A DNA stretch of 64,000 nucleotides from Chthoniobacterales bacterium. GTDB lineage: Bacteria; Verrucomicrobiota; Verrucomicrobiia; Chthoniobacterales; Chthoniobacteraceae. The translations under genes and the position numbers were made by a program. Numbering within the stretch: the first letter of the stretch is position 1; each line of letters starts with the position of its first letter. The stretch is from assembly GCA_038207335.1 (NCBI GenBank), contig JBBQZX010000017.1, forward strand, positions 32,001 to 96,000, given 5' to 3'. The notes under the pieces were generated by a model, which was not told the DNA's origin, made no database searches, and worked only from the letters and a program-made list of their open reading frames with translations. Positions 30,190 to 39,956 of the stretch are shown here, one piece after another.

Positions 30190-31278
30190 TTAGGCCTTCA
30201 CGCCGAGGCCGATTTTTTGGCGAAGGTATTGGATCGAGCGGGCGAGTTCGGCTTTTTGAAAATCCTGCTCGGCCAGTTTTTTGTCAGCGCCCTCGGAGGC
30301 TTTGAATGACGGAATCTCATGACCGCGTTTTGCCAGCGCTTCGAAGTGCGCGAGGGCCGCGGGGCGCTTGTCGTAGTGCTCCCAGAACTCCGGTTTTTTG
30401 TAGGGAAAATTGCGCGAGAAGCCGGAGATCGTCTCGATTTGAATCGGCACGGTCGGGCAGATTTTAGCCCAGCGGGCGACGTATTTTTCCCAGTCGATGA
30501 GGCCCTCGCCGGCGGCTGTCCATGCGACGGCTGCGCCATCGGGAGTCTCCCAGATCATGTCGTCGCGCAGGCTCGAGCAGTTGATGTAGGGCGCGAGATT
30601 TTCGAGCACGTCCATCGGGTTTTCGAGCGTCCAGGCGGCGTTGCCGGAGTCGATGTTCGCGCCGACGAAATCCTTACCCGCCGCCTCGATCAAATCCACG
30701 AGCTCCCACGAGTGCATGTCGCCCGCGTGGTTCTCGATCGAGATTTTCACGCCCGCATCTTTGGCTTTCGATTCACACGCCTTGAGCACCTTCACGGTGT
30801 CGGCCATGCGGGCGCGGATTCCGCCCGCGGTTTTTCGATCCTCCGCCGCGCCGAGGACGCAGCGAAAGACCGGCGAGCCGAGCGCCTTTGCGACGCGGAT
30901 GCCGGTGGATAGAAGCTCTTCAGCCGTTCCCCAGTCTTTTTTGAAGCGCGTGGAGGTGGGGCAAATGCTCCAGCCGCCGGCGTACAGGTCGATGCCGAGT
31001 TCGTCGGCTTTTGCCTTCACTTTTTGCAGCGCGGCGTCGTCGAGCGATTCGTAGCTGTCGAGGTCGGAGATGAAGAGCGTGTCGAGTTTCAGCGAGGCCG
31101 CGTGGTCGAGGAGTTGCGCGGCTTTCCAGCCCATCGCGCGGACGGCGAAGTTATCCATGCCGAGTTTGATCGGCGCCTTGAGTTTCGGCGCGGTGGGTTC
31201 AGCGAAAAGCGGCGAGGCGCAGGCTGCGGCGGCGGTGCCGGCGAGAGTTTTGAGGAAGGTGCGGCGGGGTGTATTCAT
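30190..31278 (-). CDS. Tat-exported sugar phosphate isomerase/epimerase (AP-endonuclease-2/xylose-isomerase-like TIM barrel)
   Basis: PRRTFLK twin-arginine signal; IENHAGD, NIDSGN, G.G.ID motifs. Confidence 0.85.
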   Translation of the reverse strand: MNTPRRTFLKTLAGTAAAACASPLFAEPTAPKLKAPIKLGMDNFAVRAMGWKAAQLLDHAASLKLDTLFISDLDSYESLDDAALQKVKAKADELGIDLYAGGWSICPTSTRFKKDWGTAEELLSTGIRVAKALGSPVFRCVLGAAEDRKTAGGIRARMADTVKVLKACESKAKDAGVKISIENHAGDMHSWELVDLIEAAGKDFVGANIDSGNAAWTLENPMDVLENLAPYINCSSLRDDMIWETPDGAAVAWTAAGEGLIDWEKYVARWAKICPTVPIQIETISGFSRNFPYKKPEFWEHYDKRPAALAHFEALAKRGHEIPSFKASEGADKKLAEQDFQKAELARSIQYLRQKIGLGVKA

Positions 31279-31352
31279 GCGGGTGAGGTGAGTGAAATTG
31301 TGAGTTTCGGACGGGGTCAATTGTTATCGAGGGAAGCGCGCACCCCTTTGAA

Positions 31353-33353
31353 TCAGGGCAGGCGGAGATCGCAGGTGAGGAGCGTGGGGTTGAGCTTTTT
31401 GCAGGGGGCGGATTTTTTCGTTGGCGGCGCAGGATGCGCGATGGGCTCGAAGGTGCGGCTGCTGTCTAGGAGCTGGTAGGCGGTTATTTTTTTTCCGCGC
31501 GAGATCGTGACGACGAGCGGCATCTGCGGCGGCATCCCGGGATGGAGCGAGGGGTAGAGCGCGGTGCGGCGGTATCGCAGGCCGGTGCCAAATTTGCCTC
31601 CGGTAAAGGGCACCAAATCGAGGCGGCGTCCATTGACATGCAGGATGCAATTTTTCGCAAAATCCGGACTCGCGAGGAACTCGATGCGCTCGATGGAGGT
31701 ATCGACGAAGCGGCTGGTGCTGCCGCCCTCGAGCGGCTGCTCGCACAGCAGCGGCCAGCCTTCGTGAGCTGCACGGATCGTGAGCGTGGCGGTGTCGTCG
31801 CGGTGCGCGAGCATCTCGGGAAAACGCCAGGCTGCGATGTCTCGGAAGATTCTCTCGGGGAGCGGAAAGCCGCCCTTTTTCAAATCGCGCAGGATGACGG
31901 CGAAGTCGGCCCACAGATGCGCGGGCAGGAAATAGCGGTCGTGCAGCGCGTCGCCGTGCTCGATGAGCGGTTCGTCGAATGGGCGCGCGAGGAGGTGTGC
32001 GGCGAGCGCGTGCCAGAGGAGCGCGATAGCCGACATCCAGTCGGCGCGCGGGAGCGACTCGACGGCGCGGAATTCGATGAGGCCGCGGCAGCCGCCGTCG
32101 AAGGCGACATTCCAGAATTTGTCGAAGCTGATTTCGCTTCGGTGCGTGTTGCCGGAGGAGTCGGTGTGAAGGTGGCGCAGCGTCTCGCTCAAGAGTCCGC
32201 GGTGATCGCCGGGCGGGAGCTGTGCGAGGAATTGGTAAGCGAGCTCGAGGTCGTAGAGGTTGCTGGCGGATTCGTCGGGGCGCGGTGCCTGCGAGGACGG
32301 GCCGACGTATTGGCCGGTGAAAATGTAGGCGAGCGAGGGGTGATGCTGCCAGTAGCGGAGGATCGAGGTGATCCAGCGCGGGTGGGTGAAGAGCGCGTTT
32401 TGCTCGATGCTGGGGCCACCGAAAAGCAGGTGATTTCCGCCGCCGGTGCCCTTTTCGTCGTTAAGAGACTTTTTGAACGAGCGCAGTCCAGCGGCTTCGG
32501 CGGCGCGTTCGAGGTCGCGCATCCAGCGGTCGTAGTCGGTCCATGTGGCGCATGGAGGGAGGTTGATTTCGAGTACGCCGGGGTCAGCAGTGATGCCGAC
32601 GCGCATCCAGATCTCCGCATCGTCGGAGGGGACGTAACCGGAAAGGACGGGTAGGGCGCAGGATGCTTTTTTCGCGGCTGTGGCGAGGCGATTGACGAGG
32701 TCGATGAATGCCGGCTGGAGCAGCGGCGGGAGGAAAACGTGGAGCTGTCCATCGCGCTCCTCGAGCGTGAGCGCGCGCCGGCTGATGCCCGCTGGCACAG
32801 CCGCGAGCGGGAGCCGAAGGCCAGCGGGACCGTCCGCGCGGAGGAGGTCAAATTTTGCGCCGAGCTTCCAGTCGGCGCTCGTGAAGCGTTTGCCATTGTG
32901 GTCGAGCGGCAGCACCCAGACGGCGCGCTCGGGGTCGAGGGGGTCGCTGGCGCGCAGCCATTTCACCTTGAGTTTCAGCGCAGAGAGCAGCGCGCTTTTC
33001 ATCCGTGCGAGCGCGCCCGCGGGTCGTCCTGCGGGCGGGTGCTCGATGATCGGCGTGTCGTCGCGACGCCAGAGGAGATTGATCGCCCAGCGCGGGTTCG
33101 GCTCGCCGGGGTATTGCTTGCCGGGCGAGTAAATCGCGAGGGCGTGCGGGAGCGTCTGCGCGATGAGCGCGTCGGCGAAGGCGTAAGCGTAGCGGAGCTT
33201 CGTGGGGCCGAGCGCAGTGATGCTCCACTCGCTGCCGAGCGGCTCGATGGGCACGTAGGTCGGCTCGCCGCCCAGCGTGAGCGCGACGCGGTGGAGAGAG
33301 AATGTGGACGCGATTTTCGCGACGGTGGCGGCGATGGGATCAGGCGACTTCAT
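31353..33353 (-). CDS. DUF2126 putative amidoligase (COOH-NH2 ligase-like)
   Basis: LTLGGEPTYV, DPGVLEINLPP, GTGGGNH, GPSSQAPRPDE, GNTHRSEI..DK, GLIEFRA. Confidence 0.85.
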   Translation of the reverse strand: MKSPDPIAATVAKIASTFSLHRVALTLGGEPTYVPIEPLGSEWSITALGPTKLRYAYAFADALIAQTLPHALAIYSPGKQYPGEPNPRWAINLLWRRDDTPIIEHPPAGRPAGALARMKSALLSALKLKVKWLRASDPLDPERAVWVLPLDHNGKRFTSADWKLGAKFDLLRADGPAGLRLPLAAVPAGISRRALTLEERDGQLHVFLPPLLQPAFIDLVNRLATAAKKASCALPVLSGYVPSDDAEIWMRVGITADPGVLEINLPPCATWTDYDRWMRDLERAAEAAGLRSFKKSLNDEKGTGGGNHLLFGGPSIEQNALFTHPRWITSILRYWQHHPSLAYIFTGQYVGPSSQAPRPDESASNLYDLELAYQFLAQLPPGDHRGLLSETLRHLHTDSSGNTHRSEISFDKFWNVAFDGGCRGLIEFRAVESLPRADWMSAIALLWHALAAHLLARPFDEPLIEHGDALHDRYFLPAHLWADFAVILRDLKKGGFPLPERIFRDIAAWRFPEMLAHRDDTATLTIRAAHEGWPLLCEQPLEGGSTSRFVDTSIERIEFLASPDFAKNCILHVNGRRLDLVPFTGGKFGTGLRYRRTALYPSLHPGMPPQMPLVVTISRGKKITAYQLLDSSRTFEPIAHPAPPTKKSAPCKKLNPTLLTCDLRLP

Positions 33354-34182
33354 GGATGGAAAGCGATGCGGTCATGTCGGCGGGTACGTGCCCTTTGTGA
33401 AAGTAGCGGCCGAGGATGGGGGAGACATCGGCGGGCGTGAGGCCGACCGCGGCAGTGATGTGGTTGTGATTGCAGAGGACGCCATTCGTCGGGTCGAAGC
33501 CGACCCAGCCGGCACCCGGCAGATACGCTTCCGTCCACGCGTGCAATGCGCCCTCGGCTGTCTTTTTCTCCGCACCGAATTCGCATAAATAGCCGCTGGC
33601 GAGCCTAGCAGCGAGGCCGAGCCCACGCAGAGTCTCCGCGAGCAGGACGGCGAAATCGCGGCACGCGCCGCGCCCAAGAGCGAGTGTTTCGGCGGGCGCG
33701 CGCGGCGCGCCTTCCTCCCGGCGCTCGTATTCGAGGTGGTCGTGAATCGCGCTGTTTAACTCTACGAGCACGCCGATTGTCGGCTGCGCAGCGACGGGAG
33801 GCTTCCAAAATGGCAGCTCGATTTTTGCCGCTTCGTCGCGATATGGCGCTAGGACGTATTCCTCCTCGGGCATATACTTGAACGGCAAATCGAGCGCGTG
33901 CGAATCGAGCAGAAAGCCGAAGGCGTTGCGCGGCTCGACTTCGAGTTCGAGGCGCAGAGTCGCGGCGAGGAGTGCGGATTTTTCGGGATAAAAACAGGAA
34001 GCGATCTCGTTGTCGAAAAGGTCGCGGCGATAGCTCACGGCGGAGTCGATATTCGTCATGAAATCGGCACGGCGAACGGCGAGATGGCGGTCCGCTTTTG
34101 GAAATAGCCGGAACAAGTGGCGCGAGAAGCTGACGGGCTCCGCGTAGGCGTATTGCGTCTGATATTGGATTAACACTTTCAT
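33340..34182 (-). CDS. Transglutaminase-like protein
   Basis: N-terminal Y.T.Y.Y domain; catalytic GACRDFA, LHAW.E.Y.PGAGW.GFDPTN. Confidence 0.9.
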   Translation of the reverse strand: MKVLIQYQTQYAYAEPVSFSRHLFRLFPKADRHLAVRRADFMTNIDSAVSYRRDLFDNEIASCFYPEKSALLAATLRLELEVEPRNAFGFLLDSHALDLPFKYMPEEEYVLAPYRDEAAKIELPFWKPPVAAQPTIGVLVELNSAIHDHLEYERREEGAPRAPAETLALGRGACRDFAVLLAETLRGLGLAARLASGYLCEFGAEKKTAEGALHAWTEAYLPGAGWVGFDPTNGVLCNHNHITAAVGLTPADVSPILGRYFHKGHVPADMTASLSIHEVA

Positions 34183-35057
34183 GGATGGATGCGTGTGCCG
34201 TTGCGCCGTTTCATGACCACTCGTACGCGCATCACCTGGCCGCCGCTGCCTTTGAATGTGCCGCGCAACGGTGTGGCGTCGGTGTAATCGCGGCCGACCG
34301 AGACGGCGACGTGGCGCTCGCCGACCCATTGGCGATTGGTCGGGTCGAGGGCCACCCAGCGCATCCCGGGGACGAGCGTCTCGATCCACGCGTGGGTCGC
34401 GACGGCGCCGGTGAGGCGCGCGCCGCTGCGTGGCGGATCGGTCTCGATGTAGCCGCAGACGTAGCGCGCAGGCAGGCCGGCGGTGCGCACGATGCTGAGC
34501 ATGATGTGCGCGAAATCCTGGCAGACGCCGGTTTTCGATTTCCAGATCGCGGCGAGCGGCGTGGAGTTTTCCGTCGAACCGGACTGGTATTTGAACTCTG
34601 TGTGAATCGCCTCGTTCAATCGCTGGAGCCCCTCGCCGATCGATGCGCGGCTGCCGAGATATTTGTTCGCCCACACGAGCGCGTCGCGTCCGATCGGCAC
34701 GACGCGGGTAGGCTGGAGATACTCGAAAATGTCGGGCATCGCCGAGCCTAGGATTTGCCGCGCGTCGCCGACGCGGAGATCGAGGCTCTCAGCCGGGCGC
34801 TCCGCTGGATGCGTACGGACGGTCGCCTGATTCACAATGACGAGGTGCCGGTGGCGGAATGGAAGCGAATAGAAATCGACGTGATTCCCAAAGTGATCGG
34901 TGTAGCCGGAGGCCTTCACATCCGGGTCGATCGTGAGCCGGTGATTCACGACGGTCTGCGACGGCGAATCGGGCGGACGCAGCCGCGCCTCACCATACGC
35001 CTCGGCGGCGGGATGCCCGTATTTGTAGCGTGTGGTGTGCGTGATCTCGAATTCCAT
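34179..35057 (-). CDS. Transglutaminase-like protein
   Basis: ITHTTRYKY, GVCQDFAH, ATHAW, LDPTN, GRDY.D..PLRG. Confidence 0.9.
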   Translation of the reverse strand: MEFEITHTTRYKYGHPAAEAYGEARLRPPDSPSQTVVNHRLTIDPDVKASGYTDHFGNHVDFYSLPFRHRHLVIVNQATVRTHPAERPAESLDLRVGDARQILGSAMPDIFEYLQPTRVVPIGRDALVWANKYLGSRASIGEGLQRLNEAIHTEFKYQSGSTENSTPLAAIWKSKTGVCQDFAHIMLSIVRTAGLPARYVCGYIETDPPRSGARLTGAVATHAWIETLVPGMRWVALDPTNRQWVGERHVAVSVGRDYTDATPLRGTFKGSGGQVMRVRVVMKRRNGTRIHP

Positions 35058-35142
35058 CGGCGGGCGGAGTGTTCCCTACTTGCCAACGCGGGCGAAGCGA
35101 AGAACCTCGTCCGCCCCACTTTTCACCAGCTAGAAAAACATC

Positions 35143-36225
35143 ATGTCCAGCCAGTTCGGCCACCTTTTCAAAATCAGCACTTGGGGCGAATCGCACGGCG
35201 GTGGAGTCGGCGTAGTGATCGACGGCTGTCCGCCGCGCATCCCGCTCGATGAGACGCTGATCCAGCGCGATCTCGACCGGCGGCGGCCCGGGCAGAGCGA
35301 AATCGTGACGCCGCGCGATGAGGCGGACGAGTGCCGGATTTTGAGCGGGGTCTTCGAAGGGAAGACGCTCGGAACGCCGATTTGCATCGCGGTAATGAAC
35401 AAGGACGCGCGCCCGGAATCGTATCGGGAAATGGAGAGCGCGTTCCGTCCGTCACACGCGGATTACACGACAGAGGCGAAGTACGGGATTCGGAATTGGC
35501 AGGGCGGCGGGCGGGCGTCGGCGCGCGAGACGATCGGGCGCGTGGCCGCGGCGGCGGTGGCGAAAGCCGCGCTGGCGCAGGAATTTCCGCAACTCGATAT
35601 CGTGGCGTATGTCAAATCGATTCACCATCTCACGGCCGCAGTCGATCCGGCGACGGTGACGCTGGAGCAAGTCGAGGCGAATATCGTGCGCTGCCCGGAC
35701 CCGGCGGCAGCGGAGGAGATGACCGCGTTCATCAAGCAAATCCGAAGCGAAGGGGACAGCGTCGGCGGGACGATTGAGTGCGTGATCCGCGGCTGTCCGC
35801 CGGGGCTCGGCGAGCCGGTTTTCGACAAGCTGGAGGCTGAGCTCGCCAAGGCGATGATGAGCCTGCCGGCGACGAAAGGCTTCGAGATCGGGAGCGGATT
35901 TTCGGGGACGAAAATGAAGGGCAGCGAGCACAACGATGCCTTCGTGATGGAGGGCGCTCGGGTGCGGACGGCGAGCAACCGTTCGGGCGGAATCCAAGGC
36001 GGCATCAGCAACGGCGAGGCGATCGAGATGCGGATCGCGTTCAAGCCTACGGCGACGATTTTCCAATCGCAGCAGACGGTGACGACCGCACACGAGCCGA
36101 CGGAATTGAAAGCGCGCGGGCGTCACGATCCGTGCGTGCTGCCGCGCGCGGTTCCGATGGTGGAAGCGATGGCAGCACTGGTGGTATGCGACCACTGGCT
36201 GCGGCAGCGGGCGCAGTGCGGGTGA
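35143..36225 (+). CDS. aroC: Chorismate synthase
   Basis: [39 protein letters not shown]. Confidence 0.97.
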   Translation: MSSQFGHLFKISTWGESHGGGVGVVIDGCPPRIPLDETLIQRDLDRRRPGQSEIVTPRDEADECRILSGVFEGKTLGTPICIAVMNKDARPESYREMESAFRPSHADYTTEAKYGIRNWQGGGRASARETIGRVAAAAVAKAALAQEFPQLDIVAYVKSIHHLTAAVDPATVTLEQVEANIVRCPDPAAAEEMTAFIKQIRSEGDSVGGTIECVIRGCPPGLGEPVFDKLEAELAKAMMSLPATKGFEIGSGFSGTKMKGSEHNDAFVMEGARVRTASNRSGGIQGGISNGEAIEMRIAFKPTATIFQSQQTVTTAHEPTELKARGRHDPCVLPRAVPMVEAMAALVVCDHWLRQRAQCG

Positions 36226-36244
36226 TTTTCGGAGTGCGAACCGG

Positions 36245-36493
36245 TCAGTCTTCCTCGCCGGGGAGCTTCATCTCGAAGACCACCATCGCATCACCTTCCT
36301 CGTCACCGGGGCGCGGGCCGAGGCTGAGGGCACGGTAGGCTTCCTCGAGAGCGCGCGGGTTGTTGCGGAGCGCGGGGAAGACGACGAGCAGGCGCTGCTT
36401 CACCCAACGTTTTGCCATGCTGCGATCGATCGGGTGCAGCGGCGGCTGCCGGCGAAACGCGCGGGCGATGCGGTTGAAAATGCCGACATTCAT
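36245..36493 (-). CDS. Small hypothetical protein
   Basis: ATG-initiated 82-aa ORF filling the gap between convergent aroC and the enolase-family gene; natural-looking composition. Confidence 0.6.
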   Translation of the reverse strand: MNVGIFNRIARAFRRQPPLHPIDRSMAKRWVKQRLLVVFPALRNNPRALEEAYRALSLGPRPGDEEGDAMVVFEMKLPGEED

Positions 36494-36557
36494 GGATGCC
36501 TGAGAGTAGCACTGAGGCGCGATTTTTCCCGAAGAAAAGCCGACGCCGCGCGGCTCA

Positions 36558-37946
36558 CTACGCGCCGAATGAAGCCGCTGGCGCGGGGAGCGTGCGGTCG
36601 ATTTCCGGGATGTGGTATCCGAAGCCGGGACCGCGGATCGTGCTGAGATCGAGGACACCATTGCGGCGGCGGAAGACGCCGGGATGCACGCGTGACTCGG
36701 GCTCGGAGGCGGCTGGGTAAAATTGCATCCCGTTGCTCTCGACGCCCATGATCGTGCCGGCGTGCGCGGCGAGGAGGACGTGCGGGATTTGCGCGAGCAT
36801 CGGGTTTGTGAGGTCCTGCACCATGAGTGTCATGCCATGTGCGCGCGCCCAGCAGAGGCTGAGGATCGCGCCGGTGAGTGTCTTGCAAGTTTTCAGCGCT
36901 ACGCCGGTCCAGCCGAGTTCGCGGCCGAGGCGCGCGAATTTCCAGTCGTGCGCGCTTTCGTCGAGGAAGAGCGGTTTGCGCGCACTGACGCTGCGGACGT
37001 CGATGCGGTGCGCCTCGAGGTCGTACGGGAATGGCTGCTCGACGTAGAGCAACATGCCGGAGATGCGCGGCTCGTCGGCGAGCAGGTGGTCGAGGATTTC
37101 GGTGACGTAGAGCGGGTCGGTCACAGTGCAGTTGAAGTCGGTCGTGAGCCAGTCCGCGCCCTCCTCGATCGCGATGCGGCCGACGCGCACGATGCGGTCG
37201 TAGTCCCACGCCGCGTCGTTTCCGCGCAGCTTGATTTTGAGGCAGCGTAGGCCATCGGCGCGAATCCAGTCGCGCAGGAGCACGGGGTATTCATCGGCGG
37301 GTTCGGCGCCGGTGAGTTCGCTCGGATCGATCGGATCAAGGCCGCCGACGAGATGCCAGACCGGCAGGCGGTCGCGGCGCTGAGTGAGAAAATCGGACGG
37401 CCATCGATTGGCGAAGCGGTCGGCGGGTTCGAGGAATGTCGCTAGGTCGGAGGCGAGAAAGTCAGGCGTGAAAGTGTCGAAGACAGGAACGCCGTGGAGC
37501 GTTCCGAATGCGTCGTAAATCGCAAGATCGAAGAGCGAGTGGCAGACGAGCGCGGCGAGATGCGGCATCGGGTCGCCGGCATGCGCGGCGTTGTGCTCGG
37601 CGAGCAGGGCGTCGAGGCGCTGGTTTTGAAAATGGTGGCCTAGCTCGAGCGGGTGGGCGGTTTCACCGAAGCTGCAAACCTCGGCAGCAAGACGCTCGCA
37701 GAAGTCGCGCATTCGCGTCTCACGGGCTTCCCAGCTCAGCTCGGATGGCCACACCCACGCCACGCTGAGCGGCGTCTCGCCCCAGCCCTCGGCACTGCGA
37801 CCGATGGAGTCCTCAACTCGCACACAGACTCGCGCACAGACGACGTGGGTGAGGATTTGCGCGCCGAATTTCAGCGGCATCCGGGTCTCGACCGGGAGGT
37901 AGAAAAGTCGAGCGTCGTCGACGCGGATGTCGGTCGGGCTTGGCAC
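36558..37946 (-). CDS. Enolase-superfamily (mandelate racemase/muconate lactonizing-like) protein
   Basis: KIKLRG (KxK), DFN, VEQP, LDES, ALKTCK metal/catalytic pattern; GTG start. Confidence 0.85.
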   Translation of the reverse strand: MPSPTDIRVDDARLFYLPVETRMPLKFGAQILTHVVCARVCVRVEDSIGRSAEGWGETPLSVAWVWPSELSWEARETRMRDFCERLAAEVCSFGETAHPLELGHHFQNQRLDALLAEHNAAHAGDPMPHLAALVCHSLFDLAIYDAFGTLHGVPVFDTFTPDFLASDLATFLEPADRFANRWPSDFLTQRRDRLPVWHLVGGLDPIDPSELTGAEPADEYPVLLRDWIRADGLRCLKIKLRGNDAAWDYDRIVRVGRIAIEEGADWLTTDFNCTVTDPLYVTEILDHLLADEPRISGMLLYVEQPFPYDLEAHRIDVRSVSARKPLFLDESAHDWKFARLGRELGWTGVALKTCKTLTGAILSLCWARAHGMTLMVQDLTNPMLAQIPHVLLAAHAGTIMGVESNGMQFYPAASEPESRVHPGVFRRRNGVLDLSTIRGPGFGYHIPEIDRTLPAPAASFGA

Positions 37947-38005
37947 TGTGGGCGAGGCGGACGCAGCTCAGGGTGCGGCGGCAACCGGGTAGCACTCCGC
38001 GTGCG

Positions 38006-38911
38006 TCAGCGAGCCGCTTTTTTCGCGGGCTTCGCTGCGGCTTTTTTGGTTTTCGGCTTTTTGTTTTTTCCGAAGAGGCGATGAAGATTTGCCAAGCCCA
38101 CGGTCGCGATGTCGTCGCGTTTCGGCTCAATTTTTCTCCAGATCGCAGCGGCGCGAGCGATGACTTTCACGTCGGTCGTGAACGACTCGATGACGATGTC
38201 GCTGTCATAGCCGACGTCCTTGAGAGCTTTCACGATCCCCTTCCACTCAAGCGAGTCATTTCCGGGGATGCCGCGGTCGGTGCCGCAGGCGTGGAAATGG
38301 CCGAGGTATTTACCGGCTTTGCGGATCGCATCGGCCTGGTTTTTCTCCTCGATGTTCATGTGAAATGTGTCGAGGTGCAGCTTCACGTTGCTCGCGCCGA
38401 TGGCCTTCACAAGTTTCAGGCCCTGATCGACGGTGTTGAGAAAATCGGTCTCGAAGCGGTTCAGCGGCTCGATGCAGAGGTCGATCCCCTTCGTCGCGGC
38501 GTAGGATGCGAGCTCTTTCAGATTGCGCACGACGGAGTCGAAGTGCTGCTTTTTCGCGATCTCCTCATGCGCGCCGGTGAGGCCGACGACGCTGTAGAGC
38601 GGGCCGATGATGCGCGGGCAACCGATCGCCGCAGCCTGATCGACGAGGCCCTTGCAGTAGATCATCGCGGTTTTTTGGTCGTCGGTGCTGCCGCGGAAAT
38701 CGCGGCCCGGTCCCATCGCCGCGCAGATGCTGCCGCACTCGAGGCCGTTCTTTTCGAGCGCGGATTTCACGCGCGCCGGATCGACATGCGATGGGTCTTC
38801 AATCGGAATCTCGACGGTGTCGAAGCCCCATTCCTTGAATTTTGGGAACAGCTTCACGCTGTCGGTGGTGAAGGGCGAGGTGAAGAGGAACGTATTGATG
38901 CCGAAGCGCAT
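38006..38911 (-). CDS. Sugar phosphate isomerase/epimerase (D-tagatose/D-psicose 3-epimerase family)
   Basis: IEPLNRFET, LDTFHMNIEE, HFHACGTDRG.PG, IESF, AAIWR; Lys/Ala-rich tail. Confidence 0.88.
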   Translation of the reverse strand: MRFGINTFLFTSPFTTDSVKLFPKFKEWGFDTVEIPIEDPSHVDPARVKSALEKNGLECGSICAAMGPGRDFRGSTDDQKTAMIYCKGLVDQAAAIGCPRIIGPLYSVVGLTGAHEEIAKKQHFDSVVRNLKELASYAATKGIDLCIEPLNRFETDFLNTVDQGLKLVKAIGASNVKLHLDTFHMNIEEKNQADAIRKAGKYLGHFHACGTDRGIPGNDSLEWKGIVKALKDVGYDSDIVIESFTTDVKVIARAAAIWRKIEPKRDDIATVGLANLHRLFGKNKKPKTKKAAAKPAKKAAR

Positions 38912-39033
38912 GGAGTGGGCGGGAATGAGGGTTTGGATTTTCGCGAAATGCGAACGTTCATTTGCGGCACGGAAGGCGCGCGAGTCAAGACTGCGCCTGC
39001 ATTTGCGAATGCCCCGAGACACACGGGCAAAAG

Positions 39034-39065
39034 AAAACGCCGGAGTGTTTCCACTCCGGCGTTTT
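39034..39065 (-). terminator. Rho-independent terminator downstream of the OMP gene
   Basis: AAAACGCCGGAGTG-loop-CACTCCGGCGTTTT perfect stem; T-runs follow on both strands. Confidence 0.85.
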
Positions 39066-39090
39066 GAGTTTTTTTTGGCTCGGTTCTGAA

Positions 39091-39621
39091 TTAGAACACG
39101 AAGCGGACACCCACGCGGCTCATTGCAGCCGGACGGTCTTCCGCCCAGATGTAACGGCCTTCGGCGAAGATACCGAGGTGGTGCGTTGCGCGCCACTCGA
39201 GACCGCCGCCAGCGTGCCAACCGCCAACGGTCGTGCCGTCGGTGGTGAGGTCGCCGCCGCCGAGGATGTAAGGCGCGATGCAGAAGCTGCCGGACTCAAT
39301 CGGGAGACGAGCGATGAGGCTCGTGTCGAAGTTCCATGCGCCATTGGCCTCGCCTTTGTATAGGTTGCCGGATGCTCCGATGCCGACGTACTTGCAGAAG
39401 AAGTAGTTGACACCGAGACCGCCGCCGAACCCGTCGCCGTGATCACTGCGCTCGATCGAGTTCGTATAGCTGCCGAACAAGTCGAGTTGGAGTTCCTGGG
39501 CACGGAAGCAAGGCTCCGGCTCAGGCATTTGCTTGTAGTCTTTGTGACTGACTTCGTGGCCCGCAAAAGCAGAGCCAGCGACTGCGAAACCTGCGAGCAG
39601 GCTGAGTGCAATTTTGTTCAT
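39091..39621 (-). CDS. Small outer-membrane beta-barrel protein
   Basis: Signal peptide MNKIALSLLAG..SAFA; alternating amphipathic strands (GGGLGVNYFF, APYILGGG, GIFAEGRY); terminal Phe. Confidence 0.85.
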   Translation of the reverse strand: MNKIALSLLAGFAVAGSAFAGHEVSHKDYKQMPEPEPCFRAQELQLDLFGSYTNSIERSDHGDGFGGGLGVNYFFCKYVGIGASGNLYKGEANGAWNFDTSLIARLPIESGSFCIAPYILGGGDLTTDGTTVGGWHAGGGLEWRATHHLGIFAEGRYIWAEDRPAAMSRVGVRFVF

Positions 39622-39908
39622 GTATTTTTTCCTTGGTTTGTTTGGTTTGTAGCGAGCCGGGGGCTCGCATGGGCAGAGTGGTAGGAATGCGCGAATGGCT
39701 TGTAAAGCGGGAATTTCGCCAAAATGCGCAATAGACCGCACGAGAACTGCGCAGAATTATCCCGCTTTTCCCAGCCGCGTTTCCGCAAATGCCGCGTCTT
39801 CATAACCCAACGCGCTTTTCCCCCCGACATGTTCACCGTGGTGGATCCCGACCCTTTCGAGATTAAAGAAAGTAATTTTCTGCCGCCGAGCCCCTTCCGA
39901 TTTTCCCA

Positions 39909-39936
39909 TTGTCTTTCCATTTTCACCCTCTAGAGT
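39909..39936 (+). promoter_or_regulatory. Putative sigma70 promoter of the prs operon
   Basis: TTGTCT-16 nt-TAGAGT, 20 nt upstream of the prs ATG. Confidence 0.5.
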
Positions 39937-39956
39937 CGCCGTCCCTTTTTGCCAAA

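Noticed and set aside
39622..39956. Possible tRNA or ncRNA upstream of prs
   Set aside because: No T-loop/anticodon cloverleaf or riboswitch consensus recognised; it looks like a divergent promoter region.
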